A DNA stretch of 56,397 nt, from NCBI GenBank assembly GCA_038319835.1, contig JBBQDQ010000005.1, positions 1 to 56,397 of the forward strand. The letters run 5' to 3'. The stretch comes from Thermoanaerobaculia bacterium (GTDB taxonomy: Bacteria; Acidobacteriota; Thermoanaerobaculia; UBA5066). Below, one piece after another: positions 46,381-56,397 of this stretch (positions are counted from its first letter, which is position 1; each line of letters opens with the position of its first letter). A program made the position numbers and the translations under genes. The notes below the pieces were generated by a model. The model saw only the letters and a list, made by a program, of their open reading frames with translations. It was not told where the DNA came from and did not search any database.

Positions 46381-47824
46381 GCCGCTCTTCACGGCGGCGG
46401 AGGTCGCCCGCGCGGCGGGGACGGCGACGCCGGCCGGTACGCCGCCGGCGTTCCCGTCCGTGTCGACGGACACGCGTGCGGTCCCGGTGGGCGCGCTCTT
46501 CGTCGCGCTGAGAGGCGAGCGGTTCGACGCGCACGCCTTCCTCGCCGAGGCGAAGGCGAAGGGCGCCGGCGCTGCGGTCGTCCGGAGGGGGACGCCGCCC
46601 GTTCCGGGCTTCCCGCTCTTCGAGGTCGGCGACACGCTCGGCGCTCTCGGCGCTCTCGCGGCGTTCCACCGGCGGCGCTTCGCGCTTCCCGTCGCGGCCG
46701 TCGCCGGATCCAACGGCAAGACGACGACGAAGGAGATGCTCGCCTCGATCCTGAGAACGCGCGGACCGGCGCTCGCGACGGAGGGCAACCTCAACAACGA
46801 GATCGGCGTGCCGCTCACGGTCTTCCGGCTGTCGGCGGAGCACCGCGCCGCGGTCCTCGAGCTCGGGATGTCGGCGCCGGGCGAGCTCCAACGGCTCACG
46901 GAGATCGTGCGGCCGGACGCCGGCGTCGTCACGCTCGTCGCGGCCGAGCACCTCGAGTTCCTGAAGGACCTCGACGGCGTCGCGGAGGCGGAGGGAGAGC
47001 TCTACCGCGGGCTTCTTCCGGGCTCGACGGCCGTGGTCAACGCGGACGACCCGCGTTGCGTGGCGCAGGCCGAACGGGTCGCGAGCGGCGTGAAGAAGAT
47101 TTTCTTTGGCAAGAGTGCTTTGGCGGACGTCCGTCTTCTCGAGTCAACGTCTCTTGGGCTGGAAGGTCAGAGGATTCTCCTGGAAGGTGAAGAATGGGAG
47201 GGTGACGGCGACGCGGGTCGTCTCGTTCGTGGCTCGAAGCTACAGCGCAGCGCGATCACCGTCAGGCTGGGGTTCGTGGGGGAGCACAACGCCATGAATG
47301 CGGCGGCGGCGGCGGCGGTGGCTCGGGCGCTCTCTTACTCATTCGAAGAAATCTCCCGGGGTCTCTCATCGGCTCGACCTTATTCGCACCGCTCCCGCGT
47401 CGTTCCGGGTCTCGGCGGCGTCACGATCCTCGACGACTGCTACAACGCCTCGCCCGCCTCGATGGAGGCCGCGCTCGCGACGCTGAAGTCGCTGACGGAG
47501 GGCGGGAAGGGCCGCGCGGTCGCGGTTCTCGGCGACATGCTGGAGTTGGGGACCTTCGAGGAGGAGGCGCACAGGGCGCTGGGCCGCCGTGCTCTCGAAG
47601 AAGGGCTCGCCGTGGCCGCCTTCTTCGGCCCTCGTTCCCCTCTTACCTTCAAAGAATTCTCTCTTTCTTCTTCTTCCTCCTCGGCCCACTTCACGGAGAT
47701 CGAGCCGCTCCTCGCGTGGCTGCGCCCGCGCCTCGCACCGGGCGACGTCGTCCTCGTGAAGGGGAGCCGGGGGATGAAGCTCGAGCGCGTCGTGGACGCG
47801 CTCGCCGTTCGGGCGGAAACCTGA
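46367..47824 (+). CDS. murF: UDP-MurNAc-tripeptide--D-Ala-D-Ala ligase (start proposed at ACG 46367; first canonical start is GTG 46460)
   Basis: STDTR, LRGERFDAH, GSNGKTTTKE, NLNNEIGVP, DCYNASP, LGDMLELG, VKGSRG. Confidence 0.92.
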   Translation, partial: TASTEPLFTAAEVARAAGTATPAGTPPAFPSVSTDTRAVPVGALFVALRGERFDAHAFLAEAKAKGAGAAVVRRGTPPVPGFPLFEVGDTLGALGALAAFHRRRFALPVAAVAGSNGKTTTKEMLASILRTRGPALATEGNLNNEIGVPLTVFRLSAEHRAAVLELGMSAPGELQRLTEIVRPDAGVVTLVAAEHLEFLKDLDGVAEAEGELYRGLLPGSTAVVNADDPRCVAQAERVASGVKKIFFGKSALADVRLLESTSLGLEGQRILLEGEEWEGDGDAGRLVRGSKLQRSAITVRLGFVGEHNAMNAAAAAAVARALSYSFEEISRGLSSARPYSHRSRVVPGLGGVTILDDCYNASPASMEAALATLKSLTEGGKGRAVAVLGDMLELGTFEEEAHRALGRRALEEGLAVAAFFGPRSPLTFKEFSLSSSSSSAHFTEIEPLLAWLRPRLAPGDVVLVKGSRGMKLERVVDALAVRAET

Positions 47825-47833
47825 GCGAAAGCG

Positions 47834-47920
47834 CTACTTCGCGTCCTCGAGCGTGAAGGGGTCGGGCGAAACCGGCACGGACACGAATTTCAGCCCCTGC
47901 GCCTCCACGGCCTCGCGGAA
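47834..47920 (-). pseudogene. Short gene remnant resembling a DUF442/phosphatase-like segment
   Basis: Reads FREAVEAQGLKFVSVPVSPDPFTLEDAK*; in-frame stop just upstream at 47930-47932. Confidence 0.35.
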
Positions 47921-47921
47921 C

Positions 47922-49061
47922 CTAGCGTGTCAGCGCTGCCCGCGCCTCGAGGACCCTCCGGCGGGCCTCCTCCGGCGTCGCGGCGAGAGCCGTGAGGTGC
48001 CCCATCTTGCGGCCCTGGCGCGGTTCCTTCTTCCCATAGAGGTGGAGGGCGATGCCCGGGACGGCGCAGGCGTTCTCCCAGCGCGGGACGCCCGCCGCCC
48101 AGAGGTCGCCGAGGAGGTTCGCCATCGCCGCCGGCCTGAGGAGCTCCGTCGAGCCGAGCGGCAGGCCGCAGACGGCGCGGAGCTGCTGTTCGAACTGGCT
48201 CGTGACGCAGGCGTCGATCGTGAGGTGCCCGGAGTTGTGCGGCCGCGGCGCGATCTCGTTCACGAGGAGACGGCCGTCTCGCGTGTGGAAGAACTCGATG
48301 CACAGGACGCCGACGTAATTCAGAGCTTCGAGGATCGTCCGGGATATTTCGCGGGCCTGATGTTCTTCGAAGGTGGCGAGAGCGGACGGGCAGCGGGAGA
48401 CGTCGAGGATGTGCCTGCTGTGCTCGTTCTCGAAGGCGGGGAAGAAGGCTGTCGCGCCGTCGATGCCACGCGCGGCGACCACGGAAACCTCTCGTTGAAA
48501 CTCGATGAACGCTTCGAGGACGCACGGCACTCTGCCGACCGCGTTCCATGCGCGCTCCGCATCCGATACTTCCTTCGAAGAAATCGTCTCCTGTCCCTTC
48601 CCGTCGTACCCGAACGCGGCCGTCTTGAGGACGGCGGGGGCCCCGACGGAGGCGAGCGCCGCGGCGAGGTCCTCGGCAGTCCGCACGGCCGCCCAATCCG
48701 CGACGGGCGCTCTTACCCTTCCAAGAAATTCTTTCTCCCTCTCCCTGTTCTGACTCACCCACAACGCGTCCGGCGAAGGACGGATCGGGACGAGCCCGTC
48801 GAGCGCGTCGAGCGCCGTGCGCGGGACGTTCTCGAACTCGAACGTGAGGACGTCGAGGCTCTTCGCGAACGCGCGCAGGGAGTCGAGATCGTCGTATGGC
48901 GCGGACACCTCGACGTCCGCGACGTGGCCGGTTGGCGAGTCCTTGTCGGGCGAGTACGTGTGCACGCGGTAGCCCATCGAACGGGCCGAGAGCGCGAACA
49001 TGCGGCCGAGCTGGCCGCTCCCGAGGACGCCGACCGTCGAGCCCGGAGGGACGACCGTCAC
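47922..49061 (-). CDS. purK: N5-CAIR synthase
   Basis: [39 protein letters not shown]. Confidence 0.95.
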   Translation of the reverse strand: MTVVPPGSTVGVLGSGQLGRMFALSARSMGYRVHTYSPDKDSPTGHVADVEVSAPYDDLDSLRAFAKSLDVLTFEFENVPRTALDALDGLVPIRPSPDALWVSQNREREKEFLGRVRAPVADWAAVRTAEDLAAALASVGAPAVLKTAAFGYDGKGQETISSKEVSDAERAWNAVGRVPCVLEAFIEFQREVSVVAARGIDGATAFFPAFENEHSRHILDVSRCPSALATFEEHQAREISRTILEALNYVGVLCIEFFHTRDGRLLVNEIAPRPHNSGHLTIDACVTSQFEQQLRAVCGLPLGSTELLRPAAMANLLGDLWAAGVPRWENACAVPGIALHLYGKKEPRQGRKMGHLTALAATPEEARRRVLEARAALTR

Positions 49062-49552
49062 GGGAGCCGGGACTTCAGGACCGTGCGCGTCTGCTTCGAC
49101 CGGAAGGCGTTGAGCTTCCTGCGGAGCGCGGGCCGGGTGTTCGAGAGGATCGCGACGGCGAGGAGCCCGGCGTTCGTCGCGCCGGCCTTGCCGATCGCGA
49201 GCGTGCCGACCGGGACGCCCGCGGGCATCTGCGCGATCGAGAGGAGCGAGTCGAGCCCCTGGAGAGCCCGGCTCTCGACGGGCACGCCGAGGACGGGCAC
49301 GGCCGTCTGCGCGGCGAGCATTCCGGGGAGGTGCGCCGCGCCGCCGGCGCCCGCGACGATGACCTCGAGGCCGCGGGCCTCGGCCTCCGCGGCGTACGAG
49401 GCCAGGAGCTTCGGCGTGCGGTGCGCCGAGACGACGCGCGTCTCGTGCGGAACGCCGAAGCGCTCGAGCGTCTCGGCGGCGTGCCGCATCGTCTCCCAGT
49501 CCGACGTGGAACCCATGACGACCCCGACGAGGGGCCGTGCGCCCTTCTTCAT
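49058..49552 (-). CDS. purE: N5-CAIR mutase
   Basis: [31 protein letters not shown]. Confidence 0.96.
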   Translation of the reverse strand: MKKGARPLVGVVMGSTSDWETMRHAAETLERFGVPHETRVVSAHRTPKLLASYAAEAEARGLEVIVAGAGGAAHLPGMLAAQTAVPVLGVPVESRALQGLDSLLSIAQMPAGVPVGTLAIGKAGATNAGLLAVAILSNTRPALRRKLNAFRSKQTRTVLKSRLP

Positions 49553-49574
49553 GGGCGCGATCCTACCGTGAAGC

Positions 49575-50432
49575 TCAGGCGCTCCAGGCCCGGGCGATCT
49601 CGGCGGCGAACTCGTCGAAGCGGCGCGGCGCGTGGCCGAGGAGGGCGGTAAGGCGCTCGAGGTCGGCCGGGGTCGCCTTGAGGCCCTTCTCCTGGAAGAA
49701 CGCGTACATGAGCCGGAAGTCGAAGACCATCCACGCGGGCATGTAGGCGAGGGACTGCTGCTCCCACGCGTCGAGGTCGTTTCCGCCGTACGCGATCTTC
49801 CGGCCGAGGACGCCGCCCCAGGTCGCGGCGGTGCCCGTCGCGGTGAGGGCGTCCGGACCCACGAGGTTGACGGTCTCGTTCCTCGCCTCGTCGGTCGTGA
49901 GGGCGATCGCGGCGGCCTCCGCGATGTCGCGGACGTCGACGCGCGAGACGCCGGCGTCGCCGAAGGGCTGCGGGTACACGCCGAAGCCGAGCATCGCGTC
50001 CTTGAACCAGAGGTCGTTCTGGAAGAAGTTGTTCGGCCGGAGGATCGTGAAGGGGAGGCCCGAGGCCTTGAGGGCGATCTCGATCGGGAGCTTCGCTCCG
50101 AAGTGCGGGAGGTGCGGCGCGGCGTCCACGTGGTGGACCGACAGGTAGACGACCTTCCGGACGCCGGCCATCCGCGCGCCGTTCACGGCCATGAGGCCCT
50201 CGTGGCACTCGGTGGCGCTCACGGCGTTCAGGAGGAAGACGGCGTCCCGCCCCGCGAACGCGGAGCGGATCGTGGAGGGGTCGAGGAGATCGCCCGCGAC
50301 CGGCCTGGCGCCGGCCGCGAGCGCCTTTTTGACGTCGCGGGTGAGGACGGAGACGTCCGCGCCCCTCCTGAGAAGCTCCCGGACGACCTGCGAACCGACG
50401 GTTCCGGTGCCTCCGAGGACGAGAACGTTCAT
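49575..50432 (-). CDS. NmrA-like NAD(P)H-binding protein
   Basis: [31 protein letters not shown]. Confidence 0.88.
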   Translation of the reverse strand: MNVLVLGGTGTVGSQVVRELLRRGADVSVLTRDVKKALAAGARPVAGDLLDPSTIRSAFAGRDAVFLLNAVSATECHEGLMAVNGARMAGVRKVVYLSVHHVDAAPHLPHFGAKLPIEIALKASGLPFTILRPNNFFQNDLWFKDAMLGFGVYPQPFGDAGVSRVDVRDIAEAAAIALTTDEARNETVNLVGPDALTATGTAATWGGVLGRKIAYGGNDLDAWEQQSLAYMPAWMVFDFRLMYAFFQEKGLKATPADLERLTALLGHAPRRFDEFAAEIARAWSA

Positions 50433-50450
50433 TCCGGGAGCCTCCTCAAT

Positions 50451-51749
<1,299 letters not shown>

Positions 51750-51854
51750 GAGCGTCCTCCTTCGTTCGGGCGCGGATCATAGGGGCCGGGCACGGCCCCG
51801 GGCAACGAAGCGGTTGAATCATCCCTGCGCTGGCGACGATTAGACTGGCGGACC

Positions 51855-52850
51855 ATGGCCGGACCGCCCGCCCCCCGGACGTACAGCGTCGTGATCCCCG
51901 TCTTCAACGTCGAGCGTTACCTCGGCGGGGCGATCGAGAGCGCCCTGGCGCAGACTCTGCCCCCGCTGGAGGTCCTGGTCGTCGACGACGGATCCACGGA
52001 CTCGAGCCGGGCAGTCGCCGCGGCGTTCGCCGGCCGCGTCCGGGTGTTTTCCGGCCCGAACGCGGGCCCCTCGGCGGCCCGCAACCGCGGGGTCCGAGAG
52101 GCGCGCGGAGACTGGGTCGCGTTTCTCGATGCGGACGACCTCTTCGAGCCCGGTTACCTTCGGGCCGCGGACGCCCACCTCGCGGAGAACGCCAACGTCG
52201 GCCTCCTCTGCTCCAGCGTGCGCATCCTCGAGGACGGGCGGCCGACGTCGCACGTGATCCGCAAGAATTCTCCGGGGCCGGCATACTCAACCGCCGGGTT
52301 GCTCGAAGGCGACATCGGGACCATCTGCACGCCGCTCGTCAGGCGCGACCTCTTCCTTTCGATCGGGGGCTTCGACGAGTCGTTCCGCGCGAACGAGGAT
52401 GGCCACCTCTGGCTCCGTCTCTCTCGCCTCACGAGCGTCCACCAGACGCGCGAGCCTCTTCTTCTCTACCGGCGCCACGCGGGGAACTCCAGCGGAGACG
52501 TCCTCGCGAACGCTCGCGAGTCCGTGCGCTCGCTTGAACGGCTGGAGGCTTCGCATCCGGAGTTCGTCGCCGAGTTCCGGCGGCCCATGCGCCGGCTGCG
52601 CGGGAAGGAGTACCTGCGGCTGGGCCGTGAGCTGCTCGTCGGGGGTGGCGATCTCGAGGGCGCACGCGCGGCGCTACGCAACGCCGTCACGTACCGGCCG
52701 GGCCGGCTGCGCGGCTGGATCTACTTCGCCTTCGCCTGGATTCCGGGAGGCCCGCGGGTCGTTGCGGCCTTCCGGCGGAGAGAGCTCGTCGTGCGCCACC
52801 GGCTGAGCGCGGGGCGGCTCGCTGCCGCCTATCGCGCCGTGCGCTCGTGA
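51855..52850 (+). CDS. GT2 glycosyltransferase
   Basis: SVVIPVFN, VDDGSTD, ARNRG, FLDADD, NED, YRRH. Confidence 0.9.
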   Translation: MAGPPAPRTYSVVIPVFNVERYLGGAIESALAQTLPPLEVLVVDDGSTDSSRAVAAAFAGRVRVFSGPNAGPSAARNRGVREARGDWVAFLDADDLFEPGYLRAADAHLAENANVGLLCSSVRILEDGRPTSHVIRKNSPGPAYSTAGLLEGDIGTICTPLVRRDLFLSIGGFDESFRANEDGHLWLRLSRLTSVHQTREPLLLYRRHAGNSSGDVLANARESVRSLERLEASHPEFVAEFRRPMRRLRGKEYLRLGRELLVGGGDLEGARAALRNAVTYRPGRLRGWIYFAFAWIPGGPRVVAAFRRRELVVRHRLSAGRLAAAYRAVRS

Positions 52851-53380
52851 CCTCCCTCTCCGTGGTGATCCCGTCGTACCAGCACGCGCGCTGGGTCGGC
52901 GAGGCCGTGGAGAGCGCTCTCTCTCAGACGCGGCCGCCTGACGATCGTCGTCGTGGACGACGGCTCGACGGACGAAACAATCGACGTCCTGCAGGGCTTC
53001 GGAACGCGGATCCGGGTTCTCGCGCGCACGGGCGGCGAGCGCGGCAGCGTGGGTAGGACATACAACCGCGGCGCCGCCGGTATCCGGGCGACGAATTCAC
53101 CCTCGAAGGATTTCTTGCTGGAGAGCTTGGGGCCAGCTCGACGCCGGTCGTGCGTCGCAAGGCCCTCCTCGACACGGGTCCCTGCATGACGGACAGCTAC
53201 GCGGCTGACGCCGACATGGCGCTCCGCTTCTCGCTCACGCACCGCATGGGCTACCTCGACCGGCCGCTCTACCGGAACCGCCGCCACGGGACTAACGCGT
53301 CGGCGAGCCTCCTCGAGAGCGTGCGCCACAACGTCCCGATTCTCGAGCGGCTCCTCGACCCGGCGCGCCCGCGCCCGCTC
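52847..53380 (+). pseudogene. Frameshifted and deleted GT2 glycosyltransferase
   Basis: Three pieces in different frames: SVVIPSYQ...; IVVVDDGSTD...YNRG; RRKALL...YLDRPLYRNRRH. The DxD region is missing. Confidence 0.8.
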
Positions 53381-53382
53381 GT

Positions 53383-55101
53383 TCAGTCGGGCCTGAGGCG
53401 CGCCTCGAGCGGGTACGGGTACACGTCGACGATTTCGCCCGCGCGCTCCCGGCGCTGCGCGTCCAGCCAGAAGCGCACGCCGAGGAGGTCCGAATGCCGC
53501 TCGAGGAACGCCTCGCGTGCGGCGCCCCTGAGGCCCATGAACGTCAGGAACTCCTCGGGGAAGACGTCGTGCTCGCCGACGAAGAACGAGGCGTCATCCC
53601 CGCCCGCCTCCTCGTCCGCGCCCGCAGGCAGCTCGCGGAAGTTGACGTCCGTCAGGAAGTCGATCTCGTCGTAGTCGTAGAAGACGACGCGGCCGTGCCG
53701 CGTGAGCCCGAAGTTTTTTGGTAGGAGGTCGCCGGGAAAGACGTTCGCCTTGGCGAGGTCGCGGATCGCCTCGCCGAAGTCGAAGATCGCGGCGCGCGCC
53801 TTCTCCGCAGTCGCATCCCTGAGCGCGATGTCGAGCGGCGTCAGGCGCCGTTCCGTGAAGAGGTGCCTGAGGACGACCTCGTTCCTGCGCACCTCCACCG
53901 TTTCTGCGGCGCCCGCGAGGAGGATTCCGAGGAGCGCGGGGTCGAAGCGGGCGACGGGGAAGGAGAGGTGCTCGAATTCCTGGACGTCGGCAAGCCGGCC
54001 CGCGCGCGTGTGCCGGAAGACGAGGCGGTACTTGTCGAGGACGTCCTTGCGGCTCGCTGTCTTCGGCGGCGCGAAGGAATCGCGGATGACCTTGAAGACG
54101 ACGTCGTAGGACGGCAGCGTGAAGACGAGCATGACCATCCCGCGCGCCCCCGGCGCCTCGACGAACCGGTCGTCTGACGCGTCGAGGTGGCGCAAGAGGT
54201 CGCGGTAGAGCTCCGTCTTGCCGTGCTTGTTGAAGCCGAGGGCGGTGTAGAGCTCGCCCACGGGCTTCTTCGGCATGAGAGTCTTGAGGAACCCGACGAG
54301 CGCGGCCGGGTGCTCGGCGTCCACGTGGAAGTACGAGCGCGTGAAGCTGAAGACGATCGACGCTTCGTCCTTGTCGGCGAGGACGGCGTCGAGCGCCACC
54401 CGGCCCGAGCGGTTCAGGAGGGCGAAGACGACTGGACGGCTTCGGCCTTCCCTTCGGACGCGTCCGACGAGATAGGCGCCCTTCCCGCGGAAGAAGACGG
54501 GCCGGAGGAGATCCAGCGCGTCGAACGCCGGCGCCCCCCAGGCCGCGGCGAGGATACGGTCGAGCGCGCGCGTCGCGAGCGCCGCATCGCGGGCGAGATC
54601 CTCCCACCCCGCGGCGAAGGGAAAGGCCGCGAGCGCGCTCCTCACGGCCGCCTCGCGGCCCGGCCGCCCGTCGAACGAGGCGAGGAAGCGGCCGGCGGCT
54701 TCGACGGGCAGCGAGGCGGGCTCGCGGCGCACGAATTCGGCACGGTCGTCGACGCCGACGGTGTGGAAGACACGCCGCGACGCGGAGTTGAAGAACGTCT
54801 CGACGAGCTCGACGTCGAGCCGGCCTGCGACGAGCGCCGCGAAGCGCTCCTTCATTTCGGACCAGACGGCCGGGTTCTCGACGCCCGAGCCGAGAATGCG
54901 GCCGAGATCCCCGAGGGCGGGATCGAGCATTCGCTTGTAGAGCTCGAGGCGCTCGAGCGCGTCCGCACGCACCCCGCGCCAATCGCGGGCCGAGAAGCGC
55001 ACGGGCGCGCGGCGCGTGAGTGAGGCGAAGGCGCGGGCGTACGCGTCCCACGCCTCGAGGAGGCGCTCGGCGCCGGCGCGGGCGGCTTCTTCCGGACTCA
55101 G
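53383..55101 (-). CDS. aceK: Isocitrate dehydrogenase kinase/phosphatase (start proposed at CTG 55101)
   Basis: ETFFNS, FSFTRSYF, KHGKTELYR, APGARGMVMLVF, VFKVIRD, FPGDLLPKNFG, RVVFYDYDE. Confidence 0.92.
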   Translation of the reverse strand: MSPEEAARAGAERLLEAWDAYARAFASLTRRAPVRFSARDWRGVRADALERLELYKRMLDPALGDLGRILGSGVENPAVWSEMKERFAALVAGRLDVELVETFFNSASRRVFHTVGVDDRAEFVRREPASLPVEAAGRFLASFDGRPGREAAVRSALAAFPFAAGWEDLARDAALATRALDRILAAAWGAPAFDALDLLRPVFFRGKGAYLVGRVRREGRSRPVVFALLNRSGRVALDAVLADKDEASIVFSFTRSYFHVDAEHPAALVGFLKTLMPKKPVGELYTALGFNKHGKTELYRDLLRHLDASDDRFVEAPGARGMVMLVFTLPSYDVVFKVIRDSFAPPKTASRKDVLDKYRLVFRHTRAGRLADVQEFEHLSFPVARFDPALLGILLAGAAETVEVRRNEVVLRHLFTERRLTPLDIALRDATAEKARAAIFDFGEAIRDLAKANVFPGDLLPKNFGLTRHGRVVFYDYDEIDFLTDVNFRELPAGADEEAGGDDASFFVGEHDVFPEEFLTFMGLRGAAREAFLERHSDLLGVRFWLDAQRRERAGEIVDVYPYPLEARLRPD

Positions 55102-55577
55102 GCGGCCTTCTTGAGCGCGGAGGCGTCGAGCTTCCGGATGCCGCCGTCCGGGTGGCCCCCGGCCGTCCCGCACGACCCGTCCGCGGGGTGCGTGAAGTGG
55201 ATGAGGTCCCTGCCATCCGGCACTGCGACGTACTCGCCGCGGATCTCGGCCCCGTCGCCGGGCAGAAGATCGACGCGCGCGCCGCCGCACGAGAGGTCGT
55301 GGACGACGTGGATCCGGCGGTCCTGGCGGATCGCGAGCTTCGGGTCGGCGGCCCCGTCGCCGGGGAGCCGCTCGAACGACACGATCGTGACGTCGAACTC
55401 GAGGAACTTCCGGTGGTTCTTGTGGGTCTTCTCCGCGGGCGCCGTCTCGACGCGGCACACCGCGACGATCTGCGTGTGCGGGCTCTTCTTCGAGGGCTTC
55501 TTGGCGGCGTGGACCGGCGCGGCGGTGAGGAGGAGGAGGGCGAGACCGAGGGAAACGAGGCGCGTCGTCTTCAGCAT
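55098..55577 (-). CDS. Secreted DUF3465-like protein
   Basis: Signal peptide; VHDL...GD..EIRGEY...LIHFTH...HPDG. Confidence 0.7.
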   Translation of the reverse strand: MLKTTRLVSLGLALLLLTAAPVHAAKKPSKKSPHTQIVAVCRVETAPAEKTHKNHRKFLEFDVTIVSFERLPGDGAADPKLAIRQDRRIHVVHDLSCGGARVDLLPGDGAEIRGEYVAVPDGRDLIHFTHPADGSCGTAGGHPDGGIRKLDASALKKAA

Positions 55578-55645
55578 GGCGGAATGCTAACCTCTGCGCC
55601 CCCGGCGCCCGCGTCCGCGCGGCGCCTCACCCCGAAAGGACCTCC

Positions 55646-56397
55646 ATGCTCCGAGCCGGCATCGTCGGCCTTCCGAACGTCGGGAAGTCGACGCTCTTCA
55701 ACGCCCTCACGAAGACCCGCAAGGCCGAGGCGGCCAACTACCCGTTCTGCACGATCGAACCAAACGTCGGCATCGTGACGGTGCCCGACGCGCGCCTCGC
55801 GCCGCTCGCGAAGATCGCGAAAACGCCCGTCCAGATCCCGGCGACGTTCGAGTTCGTCGACATCGCCGGCCTCGTCAAGGGCGCGAGCAAGGGCGAGGGC
55901 CTCGGCAACAAGTTTCTGTCGCATATCCGCGAGGTGGACGCCGTCGTCCAGGTCGTCCGCTGCTTCGACGACAAGGACGTCGTTCACGTGTCCGACACGC
56001 TCGACCCCGTGGCCGACATCGAGACGATCGCGACGGAGCTCGTCCTCGCGGACCTCGAGTCCATCGGCAAGCAGAAGGAGCGTCTCGAAAAGCTGGCGCG
56101 CGGCGGCCAGAAGGAGGCGAAGGCGCAGCTCGCCGTCGCCGGGAAGCTGATCCCGCACCTCGACTCCGGCAAGCCCGCCCTCACGCTCGACCTGACGGAA
56201 GAGGAGAGAGCCGCCGCCCGCGGCTTCTTCCTCCTCACGATGAAGCCCACGCTCTTCGCCTGCAACGTCGCGGAGTCGGACCTCGCGCACGCGGACGACC
56301 TTCCACTCGTGAAGAAAGTCCGCGCGTGGGCCGAGGCGCACAGCGGCTCGGAGGCCGTCGCGATTTCCGCGAAGATCGAGGCCGAGCTCGGCGAGCT
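55646..56397 (+). CDS. ychF: Redox-regulated ATPase YchF (runs off the window)
   Basis: [50 protein letters not shown]; absent from the ORF track because there is no stop in the window. Confidence 0.95.
   Translation, partial: MLRAGIVGLPNVGKSTLFNALTKTRKAEAANYPFCTIEPNVGIVTVPDARLAPLAKIAKTPVQIPATFEFVDIAGLVKGASKGEGLGNKFLSHIREVDAVVQVVRCFDDKDVVHVSDTLDPVADIETIATELVLADLESIGKQKERLEKLARGGQKEAKAQLAVAGKLIPHLDSGKPALTLDLTEEERAAARGFFLLTMKPTLFACNVAESDLAHADDLPLVKKVRAWAEAHSGSEAVAISAKIEAELGE

Overview
GC-rich bacterial chromosomal segment, probably Acidobacteriota (inferred from the VWFA-related secreted protein, futalosine-pathway mqnD and many secreted peptidases). It holds about 50 densely packed genes: housekeeping (dusB, msrA, glmU-glmS, uvrD/pcrA, mqnD, truA, murF, purE-purK, icd, aceK, ychF), secreted peptidases and lipoproteins, a surface-glycan cluster, a kinase-TPR protein and an esterase / ATP-grasp / YbdK module. 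I saw no rRNA, tRNA, CRISPR array or transposase. The most unusual region is the AT-richer gap at 21828-22432. It contains a self-contained minus-strand unit missed by the ORF track: sigma70-like promoter, about 220-nt structured leader, near-perfect Shine-Dalgarno, a 20-aa peptide MPAKKKAAKKTTKKAKKGKK, and an intrinsic terminator. A predicted antisense RNA with its own promoter and terminator overlaps the leader. Other points: many genes look leaderless, murF (ACG) and aceK (CTG) appear to need non-canonical starts, and several intact ORFs look like pseudo-enzymes. All calls come from manual motif recognition; no searches or folding programs were run.
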